Origin: Candidatus Eiseniibacteriota bacterium
GTDB lineage: Bacteria; Eisenbacteria; RBG-16-71-46; SZUA-252
Assembly (NCBI GenBank): GCA_005893265.1
Contig: VBOX01000085.1
Coordinates: forward strand, 5,017 to 69,016
Length of the DNA stretch: 64,000 nucleotides
Direction: 5' to 3'
The translations under genes and the position numbers were made by a program. Positions 1-7,691 of this stretch are shown one piece after another; position 1 is the stretch's first letter; every line of letters starts with the position of its first letter. The notes below the pieces were generated by a model that was given only the letters and a program-made list of their open reading frames with translations, was not told the DNA's origin and made no database searches.

Positions 1-295
1 CGGTAGAGCTCCCGACTTCCGCAGTTGGGGCAAGGCGAAAGGCTGTTCATCGTCGATCACCCCCCCTTTGTCCCTCGATCTGCCGTCAGAACCCGATCCG
101 GATCGGGTGCGGCGGTGCGGCAGGTCGGAGACCGGCCACCACGTAACCTCGCCCATGAGTTCACGCTCCCCCGGGTCGGGGTTGCCCGAGGAGTCTGCCA
201 CGAACCGATCCGCGCGTACGAGATAGAAGTATTCCCGCTCGGCTCGGGTCTCGCCGGCCCGTGGTCGCGCGGGAGTTTGGTAATCTGGCTGGGTC

Positions 296-1180
296 ATGCG
301 GATCGCGACCTGGAACGTGAACTCCCTGGCAGCGCGGATGGAGAGGGTCTCCTGGTGGCTCGAGCGCGCCCGGCCGGACGTGCTCCTGATGCAGGAGACG
401 AAGCTCACGGACGCGGACGCGCTGGTCGCGGCCTTCCGCGAGGCGGGCTACGAGCTGGCCCATCACGGGGAGGGCCGCTGGAACGGCGTGGCCATTGCCA
501 GCCGCGGTGGGATCGAGGCGGTCGTCACCAACTTTGGTGAGCCGCTGCGCCCCGCGGCAACCCCGGACGTCGGCGACGACGAGCCGCTGGCCGAGGCGCG
601 GATGATCGCGGCCACTTGTGAAGGCGTCCGTGTCGTGTGCGTGTATGCGCCGAACGGGAGGAAGGTCGGATCGGAGTTCTATGAAGCCAAGCTCGCCTGG
701 TACGAGCGGCTCTTGGCTTGGCTCGAGACTTCAACGGATCCGGACGAGCCTCTCGTTCTCGGCGGTGACTTCAACGTCGCCCCAGCGGACGAGGATGTCT
801 GGGATCCGAGGCTCTGTCGTGGGGGAACGCACGTGTCGCCGCGGGAGCGTGAGGCGTTCTTTCGTTTGTGCGAGTGGGGGTTGGTCGATGTCTACCGCCG
901 GCATCATCCCGAGTCCGGCCGCTTCACGTGGTGGGATTACCGCGCCGGAGACTTCCACAAGAATTTCGGGATGCGAATCGACCACCTGCTTGCGACGCGC
1001 CCGGTCGCTGAGCGGGCGGTTTGGGCGGAGATCGATCGGGAGGCCCGGAAAGGCAAGCCCACCCCCTCGGACCATGCGCCGGTCGTCATGGATATCGACC
1101 GGCCCGGTCATCCCTTAGACGCGGGTTGGGCGTCCGCCGAGGAGCGAATCGCCGCAAGGCGGGGGAAGGCGAGGTCATGA
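296..1180 (+). CDS. xthA: Exodeoxyribonuclease III (AP endonuclease)
   Basis: 294-aa ORF starting MRIATWNVNSL, with LMQETK and DHAPV motifs typical of the ExoIII/EEP family. G/C-rich codon third positions. Confidence 0.9.
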   Translation: MRIATWNVNSLAARMERVSWWLERARPDVLLMQETKLTDADALVAAFREAGYELAHHGEGRWNGVAIASRGGIEAVVTNFGEPLRPAATPDVGDDEPLAEARMIAATCEGVRVVCVYAPNGRKVGSEFYEAKLAWYERLLAWLETSTDPDEPLVLGGDFNVAPADEDVWDPRLCRGGTHVSPREREAFFRLCEWGLVDVYRRHHPESGRFTWWDYRAGDFHKNFGMRIDHLLATRPVAERAVWAEIDREARKGKPTPSDHAPVVMDIDRPGHPLDAGWASAEERIAARRGKARS

Positions 1181-1852
1181 CGCCGCCTTGTCCGACCCGG
1201 AGCGCTTGCGCAGGTAGACATGCGTGGCGCGCTCGCCCGCCACGGACTTCCAGCATTCGTAGGCCAGCGCGCGCATGTCGATGTCGTGCAGGAGATGCTC
1301 GCCGGTGCCCAGCACGACCGGCCGGATCGCGAGGATCAGCTCGTCGACAAGACCGGCGCGCAGGAACTGTCGGATCGTGAACACGCCGCCGCCCAGGCGG
1401 ACGTCGCGAGCGCCCGCGGCGGCTTTCGCCTGCTCAAGAGCCGCATGGATGCCGTTGGTGACGAAGCGGAATTCGGTGCCGCCCTTCATGGGGATCGGCG
1501 CGCGCGGATGATGCGTCAGCACGAACACCGGCGTGTGATAGGGTGGCTCGTCGCCCCACCACCCCTTCCAGTTCTCGTCCGGCCACGGGCCGCGGATCGG
1601 GCCGAACATGTTCCGCCCCAGGATCCAGGCGCCAAGCCCGGACAGGCCTTGCTCGGCGATTCCGTTGTCGATCCCGGTCTCGCCGTCGGGCAAGCCGTGC
1701 ATCGAGCGCCAAGCGCGGGTGTGGAAAAACCACTCCATCAGCTCGGGGCCGCGCACGCCGAGGGGGTTATCGATGTCCTGGCTCGGGCCGGCGCCGAACC
1801 CGTCGATAGAGATGGCGAAGCTCTGGACGCGGAGTTTAGGGTCGGCCGACAC
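1175..1852 (-). CDS. Dihydrofolate reductase-family protein (RibD C-terminal domain-like)
   Basis: 225-aa ORF with a RibD_C/YyaP-like signature (ISIDGF...GGG.L...L...GLVDEL..V.PVVLG). Its end overlaps the xthA stop on the opposite strand. Confidence 0.7.
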   Translation of the reverse strand: MSADPKLRVQSFAISIDGFGAGPSQDIDNPLGVRGPELMEWFFHTRAWRSMHGLPDGETGIDNGIAEQGLSGLGAWILGRNMFGPIRGPWPDENWKGWWGDEPPYHTPVFVLTHHPRAPIPMKGGTEFRFVTNGIHAALEQAKAAAGARDVRLGGGVFTIRQFLRAGLVDELILAIRPVVLGTGEHLLHDIDMRALAYECWKSVAGERATHVYLRKRSGSDKAAS

Positions 1853-2424
1853 TAGGATTCCGATTCGCTCGCGACCGGCTCCGCCGCCGCGGCCTTGTCC
1901 CAGTGGGTCCGATGGTGAGCGGTCAAGGGCCTCAACACCAGCAGGGCGAACTGAAGGCCGGCAATGATCAGGAGGAGAAGGAGGCCCAGAACATACGGAC
2001 CCGGCTCACGATGAAAGAGAATAGAGATTGCGTTCAGGAGCTGGAGCAGGGCTGCCACCCCGGACGACGCCCACACGACGACCGAGGCCCGAGCCGAGAG
2101 CACCCCGGGGTGCTTGAGTATGAGGTGCTGCCAGTTTGGAACCAAGTTCACGATGTACGCCACGCAGTAGCCACACAGCAGTAGACGGGCAACCGCCCAG
2201 AGGTCAGAGCCGTGAAGGTGAAGCAGTACTCCGACCGTGGGAAGAAAAGCGAACAGGCAGGCGCCGAGTGATGTGGCCAGCATGTTCGTGAGGCGGAATC
2301 GGTCCTCGAGAAACCATTCTCCGTGGGCGCGACGGCCAAAAACCGCGACGACTCCGCTGAATCCGGCGAAGGTCGCCGCGACCCCGGCGAAGCCGAGGAG
2401 GATGAGGACTGTGCGTTCATCCAT
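1852..2424 (-). CDS. Hypothetical polytopic membrane protein
   Basis: 190-aa ORF with about 6 hydrophobic segments and good codon bias. No recognisable family. Confidence 0.5.
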   Translation of the reverse strand: MDERTVLILLGFAGVAATFAGFSGVVAVFGRRAHGEWFLEDRFRLTNMLATSLGACLFAFLPTVGVLLHLHGSDLWAVARLLLCGYCVAYIVNLVPNWQHLILKHPGVLSARASVVVWASSGVAALLQLLNAISILFHREPGPYVLGLLLLLIIAGLQFALLVLRPLTAHHRTHWDKAAAAEPVASESES

Positions 2425-2443
2425 TTAGACCCTCCGGCGCCTT

Positions 2444-2833
2444 TCAGCCCTTGCGCGACTGTATCTCATAGAGCTTGCCCCCAACCCAGCACTGCGGAAT
2501 GGCCAGCACGGCGAGCGCGATAGGATACCATCGGGGCCCTAGCTCCAGATTCCAAGTCGCCAGAACTCCCACGAGCCCCAAGACCACGCCCACGCAGCCG
2601 AGGATTATGGCGTGTTTCATGGGCTTTTCCGGGGCGAGCCGTGCGGTGACCCAGGCGCCCCCGATGCTGATGACGACGCGATAAGAGGTCGCAAGCAGGG
2701 CGAGCGCGTCGTTGATCGGCTGGTCCATGGGCGGGAAGATGCCGGTCACGTGCAGCACGATGTCGACCAGGGTCGTGACGGCGATGATGACGAGCACGCC
2801 CGCGACCACCGCCCAGATCGATTTCTTCTTCAT
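2444..2833 (-). CDS. Hypothetical membrane protein (4 TM segments)
   Basis: 129-aa ORF starting MKKKSIWAVVAGVLVII, with hydrophobic helices. Lies in the same minus-strand gene string as its neighbours. Confidence 0.5.
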   Translation of the reverse strand: MKKKSIWAVVAGVLVIIAVTTLVDIVLHVTGIFPPMDQPINDALALLATSYRVVISIGGAWVTARLAPEKPMKHAIILGCVGVVLGLVGVLATWNLELGPRWYPIALAVLAIPQCWVGGKLYEIQSRKG

Positions 2834-2834
2834 C

Positions 2835-3194
2835 CTACATATCCTCCAAGGGCCGCACCTCAGACTCCCCCTCGAACTCCGGCCAGTGGACCCGGTGCAG
2901 CTCCATGAATTGCCGCGCGAAGTGGAGGGCTTCCTCTTTCGAACTCACCTCGACCAGCGCGTAGCCGCCTATGATTTCCTTGGCCTCGGTGAAGGGTCCA
3001 TCCGTCACCTTCAACTTGCCGCCGCTCGAGCGAACTCGCAGCCCCTCGACGGTCCCCTTGAGTCCGGCGGTGTCCTTGAGAACGCCACTCTTGAACCCTT
3101 CGGTGACGAACTCCCCCATGGCGTCCAGCAGCCCTTGGGGGATGGGTTGGGAACGATAGCTTTCGGCATGTTTGATGAGCATCAGGTATTTCAT
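2835..3194 (-). CDS. YciI-like / DGPF-domain protein
   Basis: 119-aa ORF starting MKYLMLIKHAE with a conserved DGPFTE...GGY.L.E..S.EEA motif of the YCII-related (DGPF) family. Confidence 0.65.
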   Translation of the reverse strand: MKYLMLIKHAESYRSQPIPQGLLDAMGEFVTEGFKSGVLKDTAGLKGTVEGLRVRSSGGKLKVTDGPFTEAKEIIGGYALVEVSSKEEALHFARQFMELHRVHWPEFEGESEVRPLEDM

Positions 3195-3433
3195 GACCTG
3201 GCCTCCAAGGTACGGGAAGGAATTTGCCTTATCGGCGTTACGCGACGCGGGCGGTCACCACGAAGTGTGGCGATTCGTGGTCGCCCTCATCAAGACGACG
3301 ATCGAGGAGGGCCGAAATCGACAGCGTCAACGGCAGGTGGCTCTATTGACCAAGCAGGATGGTCACGCTATCGCTCTCGAGGTTACTTGCGGCCACGTCG
3401 GGTTTGCCTGGCCACTGCTAACGCCACAGGAGA

Positions 3434-3991
3434 TTAGTCCGCCTTACCATCGATAAGGCGTCGTTGATCGCGAATGCTGTCGACGCGAGACAATTTCCAG
3501 CCCTCAGAAGTCCTCCTCCAGATCTCGCGCTGCGTGACCCATGTCTCCACGTGGTGCACCAGACCGTCATTCCGGCGCGCGATTCGATCGGCATGCTGGC
3601 GTACGACAGCACGCGCGAGGTCGCCGGAGACCTCGAGGCTGTCGATCTCGAAGGTCAGCGAAATCCAGCGGTCGATTCCATCAAGGAGCGCGCGGGTGGA
3701 CTGCTCCATCTCGGCGCGGTAGTGCAGCACGCTGTCCGCGGTCACGGCGTGAAAGTCATCTGTTCGGAGCGCCATGATGGCATTGAAATCCTTTGCGAGG
3801 AAGGCGCGTCGATTTTCGTCATACCGGTGCTGCAGCTCGCGTCGAACGGCGGCCGAATCTAGTGCGCTCAGGTGCTGTGAGGGGGGTGACTTAGCAGTAC
3901 CAGCGCAACCCATCGCGCAGAGCATGGCGATCGCCATGAGGAAACGCATCGCGAGCACTATGCACCTGGGAAGTCTGGTCATGCAGGGCAC
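3434..3991 (-). CDS. Lipoprotein with NTF2-like (SnoaL/DUF4440-like) fold
   Basis: Signal peptide with a lipobox (LCAMGCAG). The true start is probably the internal Met near 3949 (MRFLMAIAML). The C-terminal W..E.W motif is typical of the NTF2-like superfamily. Confidence 0.5.
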   Translation of the reverse strand: MPCMTRLPRCIVLAMRFLMAIAMLCAMGCAGTAKSPPSQHLSALDSAAVRRELQHRYDENRRAFLAKDFNAIMALRTDDFHAVTADSVLHYRAEMEQSTRALLDGIDRWISLTFEIDSLEVSGDLARAVVRQHADRIARRNDGLVHHVETWVTQREIWRRTSEGWKLSRVDSIRDQRRLIDGKAD

Positions 3992-4044
3992 GAATCATAC
4001 GATCTGATCACCCACCAAGAAGATAGCAAAACGCCCTTGACAAC

Positions 4045-4058
4045 TGCACAAATGTGCA
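4045..4058. promoter_or_regulatory. Candidate LexA operator (SOS box): perfect palindrome TGCAC-AAAT-GTGCA
   Basis: The perfect 14-bp palindrome TGCACAAATGTGCA lies 15 bp upstream of the lexA ATG. From memory it fits the TGCNC-N4-GTGCA LexA-box class reported for Fibrobacteres. No second copy was found by eye elsewhere in the window. Confidence 0.55.
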
Positions 4059-4072
4059 CTATCCTATGTGTC

Positions 4073-4813
4073 ATGAGCAAGCCCAATCCGCCCAAGACGC
4101 CGGGGGGTGCCCGGAAGCGCAAGCCCAAGCGATTTGCCGCGATCGACGTGGGGGCCGATCGCGAGCAGGCGGTCCTGGACATGATTGCGGGGTCGCTTCG
4201 CGAGCAGGGACGGCCGCCCACGATCCGAGAAATCGGGGAGGCCTTCGGGATCGCCTCGACCAACGGGGTCCGCTACTACCTGGACCGCCTCGAGCGGGCG
4301 GGGAAGATCCACCGGGATCGCTGGACCTCGCGTGGGATCGGGCTCAAGGCGATTCCGGGAGGCGCCGCCGCGAGAGCATCCATCCCCGCGGTCCGCCCCA
4401 TTCCCGAGCACTCCACGCCACGCAACGCGATCGAAATTCCATTGCTGGGCCGCGTGGCCGCCGGCGCGCCGATTCTCGCCGAGGAAAATGTGGAGGACGT
4501 GCTCATCGTAGACGGCGCGTTCGTGCGGCCCGGCAAGCATTTCGCTCTCCGCGTGCGTGGGGACAGCATGAAGAACGCGGGGATCCTGGACGGCGACATC
4601 GCGATCGTGCACCACGACGCGCCGGTCAAGAGCGGAGAGATCGCGGTCGTGGTGATCGGCGAAGAGGCGACGGTGAAGCGCTTCTTCCCGCGTCGCGACA
4701 AGCTCCTCCTGATTCCCGAGAACGAGGACTACGAGCCGATCGAGGTGCGCCCGTCCGATCCCGATGTTCGGGTCGCGGGCAAGGTGGTGGGGGTTTTCCG
4801 GAGGCTTGGCTGA
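4073..4813 (+). CDS. lexA: LexA repressor (SOS regulator)
   Basis: An N-terminal wHTH (REIGEAFGIASTNGVRYYLDRLERAG) is followed by a linker and an S24 peptidase domain with catalytic Ser in the RVRGDSM motif and a Lys (KRF). The start is set at MSKPNPPK; the ORF-track start at 4037 would overlap the operator. Confidence 0.9.
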   Translation: MSKPNPPKTPGGARKRKPKRFAAIDVGADREQAVLDMIAGSLREQGRPPTIREIGEAFGIASTNGVRYYLDRLERAGKIHRDRWTSRGIGLKAIPGGAAARASIPAVRPIPEHSTPRNAIEIPLLGRVAAGAPILAEENVEDVLIVDGAFVRPGKHFALRVRGDSMKNAGILDGDIAIVHHDAPVKSGEIAVVVIGEEATVKRFFPRRDKLLLIPENEDYEPIEVRPSDPDVRVAGKVVGVFRRLG

Positions 4814-4815
4814 TG
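4799..4815 (+). repeat. 17-bp direct repeat copy 1 (CGGAGGCTTGGCTGATG), spanning the lexA stop and the next gene's start
   Basis: Exact 17-mer found again at 5232-5248. Contains a GGAGG RBS and ends in ATG. Confidence 0.8.
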
Positions 4816-5199
4816 ACACAGAGTCCAGTCGATACGGTCCGCCGGCTCGTCGCGGCGATCAACGCGGGTAACCTGGACGCCGCGGTCGCTCTCTACGAGC
4901 CTTCGGGAGTTCTCCTTTCCCCGGAGGGCGCCCCGGCCCGCGGTACGGCCGAGCTTCGCGCCGCGCTCGGAGGATTCATCGCGATGAAACCCAGGCTCGA
5001 GTCTCAGGCGGAGCGCGTCTTCGAATCGGGGGATCTCGCGCTCTACCTGAGTCGGTGGAGTCTCCACGGAACGGATCCCGGCGGGAAGCCGATCGCGCTC
5101 GCCGGGGAATCCACCGACGTGCTGCGGCGCCAGGCGGGCGGGAACTGGCTCATCGCGATCGACAATCCCTGGGGAGTGAAGACGCTGCCGCCCGCGTAG
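4813..5199 (+). CDS. NTF2-like / SnoaL-like (ketosteroid isomerase-like, DUF4440-type) protein
   Basis: 129-aa ORF whose ATG overlaps the lexA TGA (ATGA). Its pattern (VRRLVAAINAGNLDAAVALYEP...G....G) is typical of the NTF2-like superfamily. Confidence 0.6.
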   Translation: MTQSPVDTVRRLVAAINAGNLDAAVALYEPSGVLLSPEGAPARGTAELRAALGGFIAMKPRLESQAERVFESGDLALYLSRWSLHGTDPGGKPIALAGESTDVLRRQAGGNWLIAIDNPWGVKTLPPA

Positions 5200-5231
5200 G
5201 GAGGCTGACCGGGTTACTCGGGCTGGCATAT

Positions 5232-5248
5232 CGGAGGCTTGGCTGATG
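5232..5248 (+). repeat. 17-bp direct repeat copy 2 (CGGAGGCTTGGCTGATG)
   Basis: Identical to 4799-4815. Supplies the RBS and ATG of the small ORF at 5246. Confidence 0.8.
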
Positions 5249-5542
5249 GTCCATGCGAACTCATTTCCCAAGGCAAGCGACGGTTACTTCATGATCGAGT
5301 CGATCCACGATCCCATCGAAGTCATCACGATGTTCGGAAACGGAAAGATGCGCCCCATCCGATTCCGCTGGAAGAACAAGATCGTGAAGGTGGCCAAGGT
5401 GACGGGTGATTGGGTCCGCCACGAGGGGCAGAACAAGATCCACTACTTCGCGCTCCTGGCGGACAGCTCGGATTATTACGAGATCTGCTACAACGCGAAG
5501 GATATGACCTGGCAGCTCACCCGCGTCTGGATGGAAGGGTGA
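5246..5542 (+). CDS. Small uncharacterised protein (98 aa), AT-richer than its surroundings, immediately upstream of dinB
   Basis: An intact ORF with RBS+ATG supplied by the repeated 17-mer. It ends 6 nt before the dinB GTG start. Its composition is visibly less GC-rich than flanking genes. No family recognised. Confidence 0.45.
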   Translation: MVHANSFPKASDGYFMIESIHDPIEVITMFGNGKMRPIRFRWKNKIVKVAKVTGDWVRHEGQNKIHYFALLADSSDYYEICYNAKDMTWQLTRVWMEG

Positions 5543-5548
5543 CAGGCG

Positions 5549-6745
5549 GTGCGGGTCGTGCTGCACCTCGACATGGACTCGTTTTTCGCCTCGGTCGAAG
5601 AGAAGCTGAACCCGCGCCTCAAGGGGAAGCCGATCCTCGTCGGTGGCACGGAGCGGCGCGGTGTCGTCGCCTCGGCGAACTACGCGGCGCGCCCGTTCGG
5701 GATTCACGCCGGGATGCCCATGGCGGAGGCAAGGCGGCTCTGCCCGCACGCGGTCTTCGTCGAGGGTAATCCCCAGAAGTACGTCCACACGTCGCTTCAA
5801 TTCCTCGACGTATTGAAGAGCTTCACCCCCGCGGTGGAGCCGTTTAGCATCGATGAGGCGTTCCTCGATCTCACCCAGGTGCCTTATCCAGGCCGCCCCT
5901 CTCCCGAGGAACGCGACCCGGCGGTGATCCTCGACTCCGCGATCCCGGTCGCCCACGCGATCCAGCGCGCGGTCCAGCGACGCGTCGGGCTCACCGCCAC
6001 GATCGGGATCGCGCCCAACAAATACATCGCGAAGATGGCGAGCGGGGTGCAGAAGCCCCGGGGGCTCACAGTGTTGACCCTCGAGCGCTACCGTGAGCGG
6101 TTTTGGGAACGTGGGGTCCAAGAATTATGGGGGATCGGCGAAAAGACGAAGGAAGCGCTCGCCAAGCTCGGCATACGCACGATCGGACAGCTCGCGAAGT
6201 TTCCGCGTGAGTTCCTCACCTACCATTTCGGATTGAACGGCGAGCGGATGCAGGAGGCTGCGCTGGGACGCGACGAGAACCCGGTCATTCCGTACTACGA
6301 AGGGGTGCCAGTAAAATCGATGGGGCACGAGATCACGCTTTCGGAGGACGTCTCGGACAAAGAGGCGCTCAAGGCGCAACTGCTGCGTCTAAGCGACATG
6401 GTAGGCCGGCGGCTCCGCGCGGACGGCTACCTGGGAAGAATCATTTCCGTGAAGATCCGCGACTCGAAATTCCGTACCACGATCCGCCAGCGCGCGCTCC
6501 CGGAGGTTGTGGACGATGAGCACGAGATTTTCCACACGGCCGCATTGCTCCTCGAGGAGCATTGGGACGGGAGGCCTCTGCGGTTGATCGGAGTTTCCGT
6601 CTCGGGGCTGGTTTCCGCAGCGGGACACTACCAGCACAGCCTCTTCGGCCAGGATGAGCATCGTAGGAAGTTGCTCGAGGCGGTGGATTCGTTGAGAGAT
6701 CGCTTTGGGGAGACCTCGTTGGTGAAAGCTGGGGTGTTGCGGTGA
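5549..6745 (+). CDS. dinB: DNA polymerase IV (Y-family translesion polymerase)
   Basis: Starts VRVVLHLDMDSFFASVE (Y-family catalytic DMD motif), with a little-finger domain C-terminally. Length 398 aa; the start codon is GTG. Confidence 0.9.
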   Translation: MRVVLHLDMDSFFASVEEKLNPRLKGKPILVGGTERRGVVASANYAARPFGIHAGMPMAEARRLCPHAVFVEGNPQKYVHTSLQFLDVLKSFTPAVEPFSIDEAFLDLTQVPYPGRPSPEERDPAVILDSAIPVAHAIQRAVQRRVGLTATIGIAPNKYIAKMASGVQKPRGLTVLTLERYRERFWERGVQELWGIGEKTKEALAKLGIRTIGQLAKFPREFLTYHFGLNGERMQEAALGRDENPVIPYYEGVPVKSMGHEITLSEDVSDKEALKAQLLRLSDMVGRRLRADGYLGRIISVKIRDSKFRTTIRQRALPEVVDDEHEIFHTAALLLEEHWDGRPLRLIGVSVSGLVSAAGHYQHSLFGQDEHRRKLLEAVDSLRDRFGETSLVKAGVLR

Positions 6746-6782
6746 CATGCGCGTGGGTGGGCTTTACGGTTGGGACGGCGCG

Positions 6783-7643
6783 ATGATTCTCCTGGGCACT
6801 TCCGGCTACTCCTATCCTGATTGGGACGGCGTCTTCTATCCGCCGGGACTCGCTCGCGCAAAGCAGCTCGATTTCTACGTCCGCCAGTTCAAGACGGTCG
6901 AGGTCAACTCTACCTATTACCGGATCCCGCCGCCTTCGACCTTCGCCGCCATGGAGCGGAGGTCGCCGGCGGATTTCGAGTTCGTGGTGAAGGTGCACCA
7001 CGACATGACCCACGCCCAGACGCGCGACCCCGAGGCGTACGCTGCGTTCCATTCCGCCCTGGAGCCCCTGCGCCGCGCGCACAAGCTGAGCGGCGTGCTC
7101 GCGCAGTTCCCGCAGGCGTTCCACCGCTCGGAGGACCACGAGCGCTTCCTGACCGAGCTCCAGGAGCGGATGGAGGGCGCGCCGCTCTTCGTGGAGTTCC
7201 GGCACAACTCGTGGATGCACGAGGACGTGTTCGAATTCCTGGAGCGCGCGAGCCTGGGGTACGTGAGCGTGGACGAGCCTTCGCTTCCCGGGCTCCTGCC
7301 ACCGGTGGCGCGCGCGACAGGGGGGCTGGCGTATGTACGGTTCCATGGAAGGAATGCCAAGAGCTGGTACGCCGGGGACCAGGGCAAGGACTCGGACACC
7401 CCAAATGGTGCTCCCGCGCGTCCTGCCCGCGATCGCCGGCTTCTTCGCTACGACTATCTCTACTCCGAGGCGGAGCTCAAGGAATGGGCGGACAAGATTC
7501 GCGAGCTGAACCAGAAGACGCAGAAGACATTCGTCTTCTTCAACAACTGCCACGCGGGGCAGGCCGCGACAAGCGCCAAGCTCATGCGAAAGCTCCTCGA
7601 TATGCCGGAGCCCAGTTTCGCCGAGCAGACTGGATTGTTGTGA
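6783..7643 (+). CDS. DUF72 (YecE-like) family protein
   Basis: LLGTSGYSYPDW..FYP ... YVRFHGRN...WY...YDYLYSEAELKEW are signature DUF72 motifs. The ORF could begin at 6747, overlapping the dinB stop; the internal Met at 6783 is preferred. Confidence 0.75.
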   Translation: MILLGTSGYSYPDWDGVFYPPGLARAKQLDFYVRQFKTVEVNSTYYRIPPPSTFAAMERRSPADFEFVVKVHHDMTHAQTRDPEAYAAFHSALEPLRRAHKLSGVLAQFPQAFHRSEDHERFLTELQERMEGAPLFVEFRHNSWMHEDVFEFLERASLGYVSVDEPSLPGLLPPVARATGGLAYVRFHGRNAKSWYAGDQGKDSDTPNGAPARPARDRRLLRYDYLYSEAELKEWADKIRELNQKTQKTFVFFNNCHAGQAATSAKLMRKLLDMPEPSFAEQTGLL

Positions 7644-7691
7644 TCATGGCTCAGCTGCCTCCTCATCACCACCCCGTGACAAGGTGTTTCC

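Noticed and set aside
25-540. 171-aa plus-strand ORF overlapping the xthA start, and a possible minus-strand ORF starting at 297 and running off the window start
   Set aside because: The translations are Arg/Gly-rich low-complexity sequence typical of off-frame reads in GC-rich DNA. The minus-strand ATG would overlap the xthA ATG back-to-back. No family signal. Judged to be the xthA upstream region; a short partial gene leaving the window cannot be excluded.
4054-5199. 381-aa ORF spanning the lexA region in another frame
   Set aside because: Only its last ~129 codons (from ATG 4813) give a sensible NTF2-like protein. The upstream part is an off-frame read across lexA (Arg/Gly-rich).
5261-6121. 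286-aa minus-strand ORF antisense to dinB
   Set aside because: Antisense to a strongly conserved Pol IV gene. Arg/Asp-rich nonsense composition.
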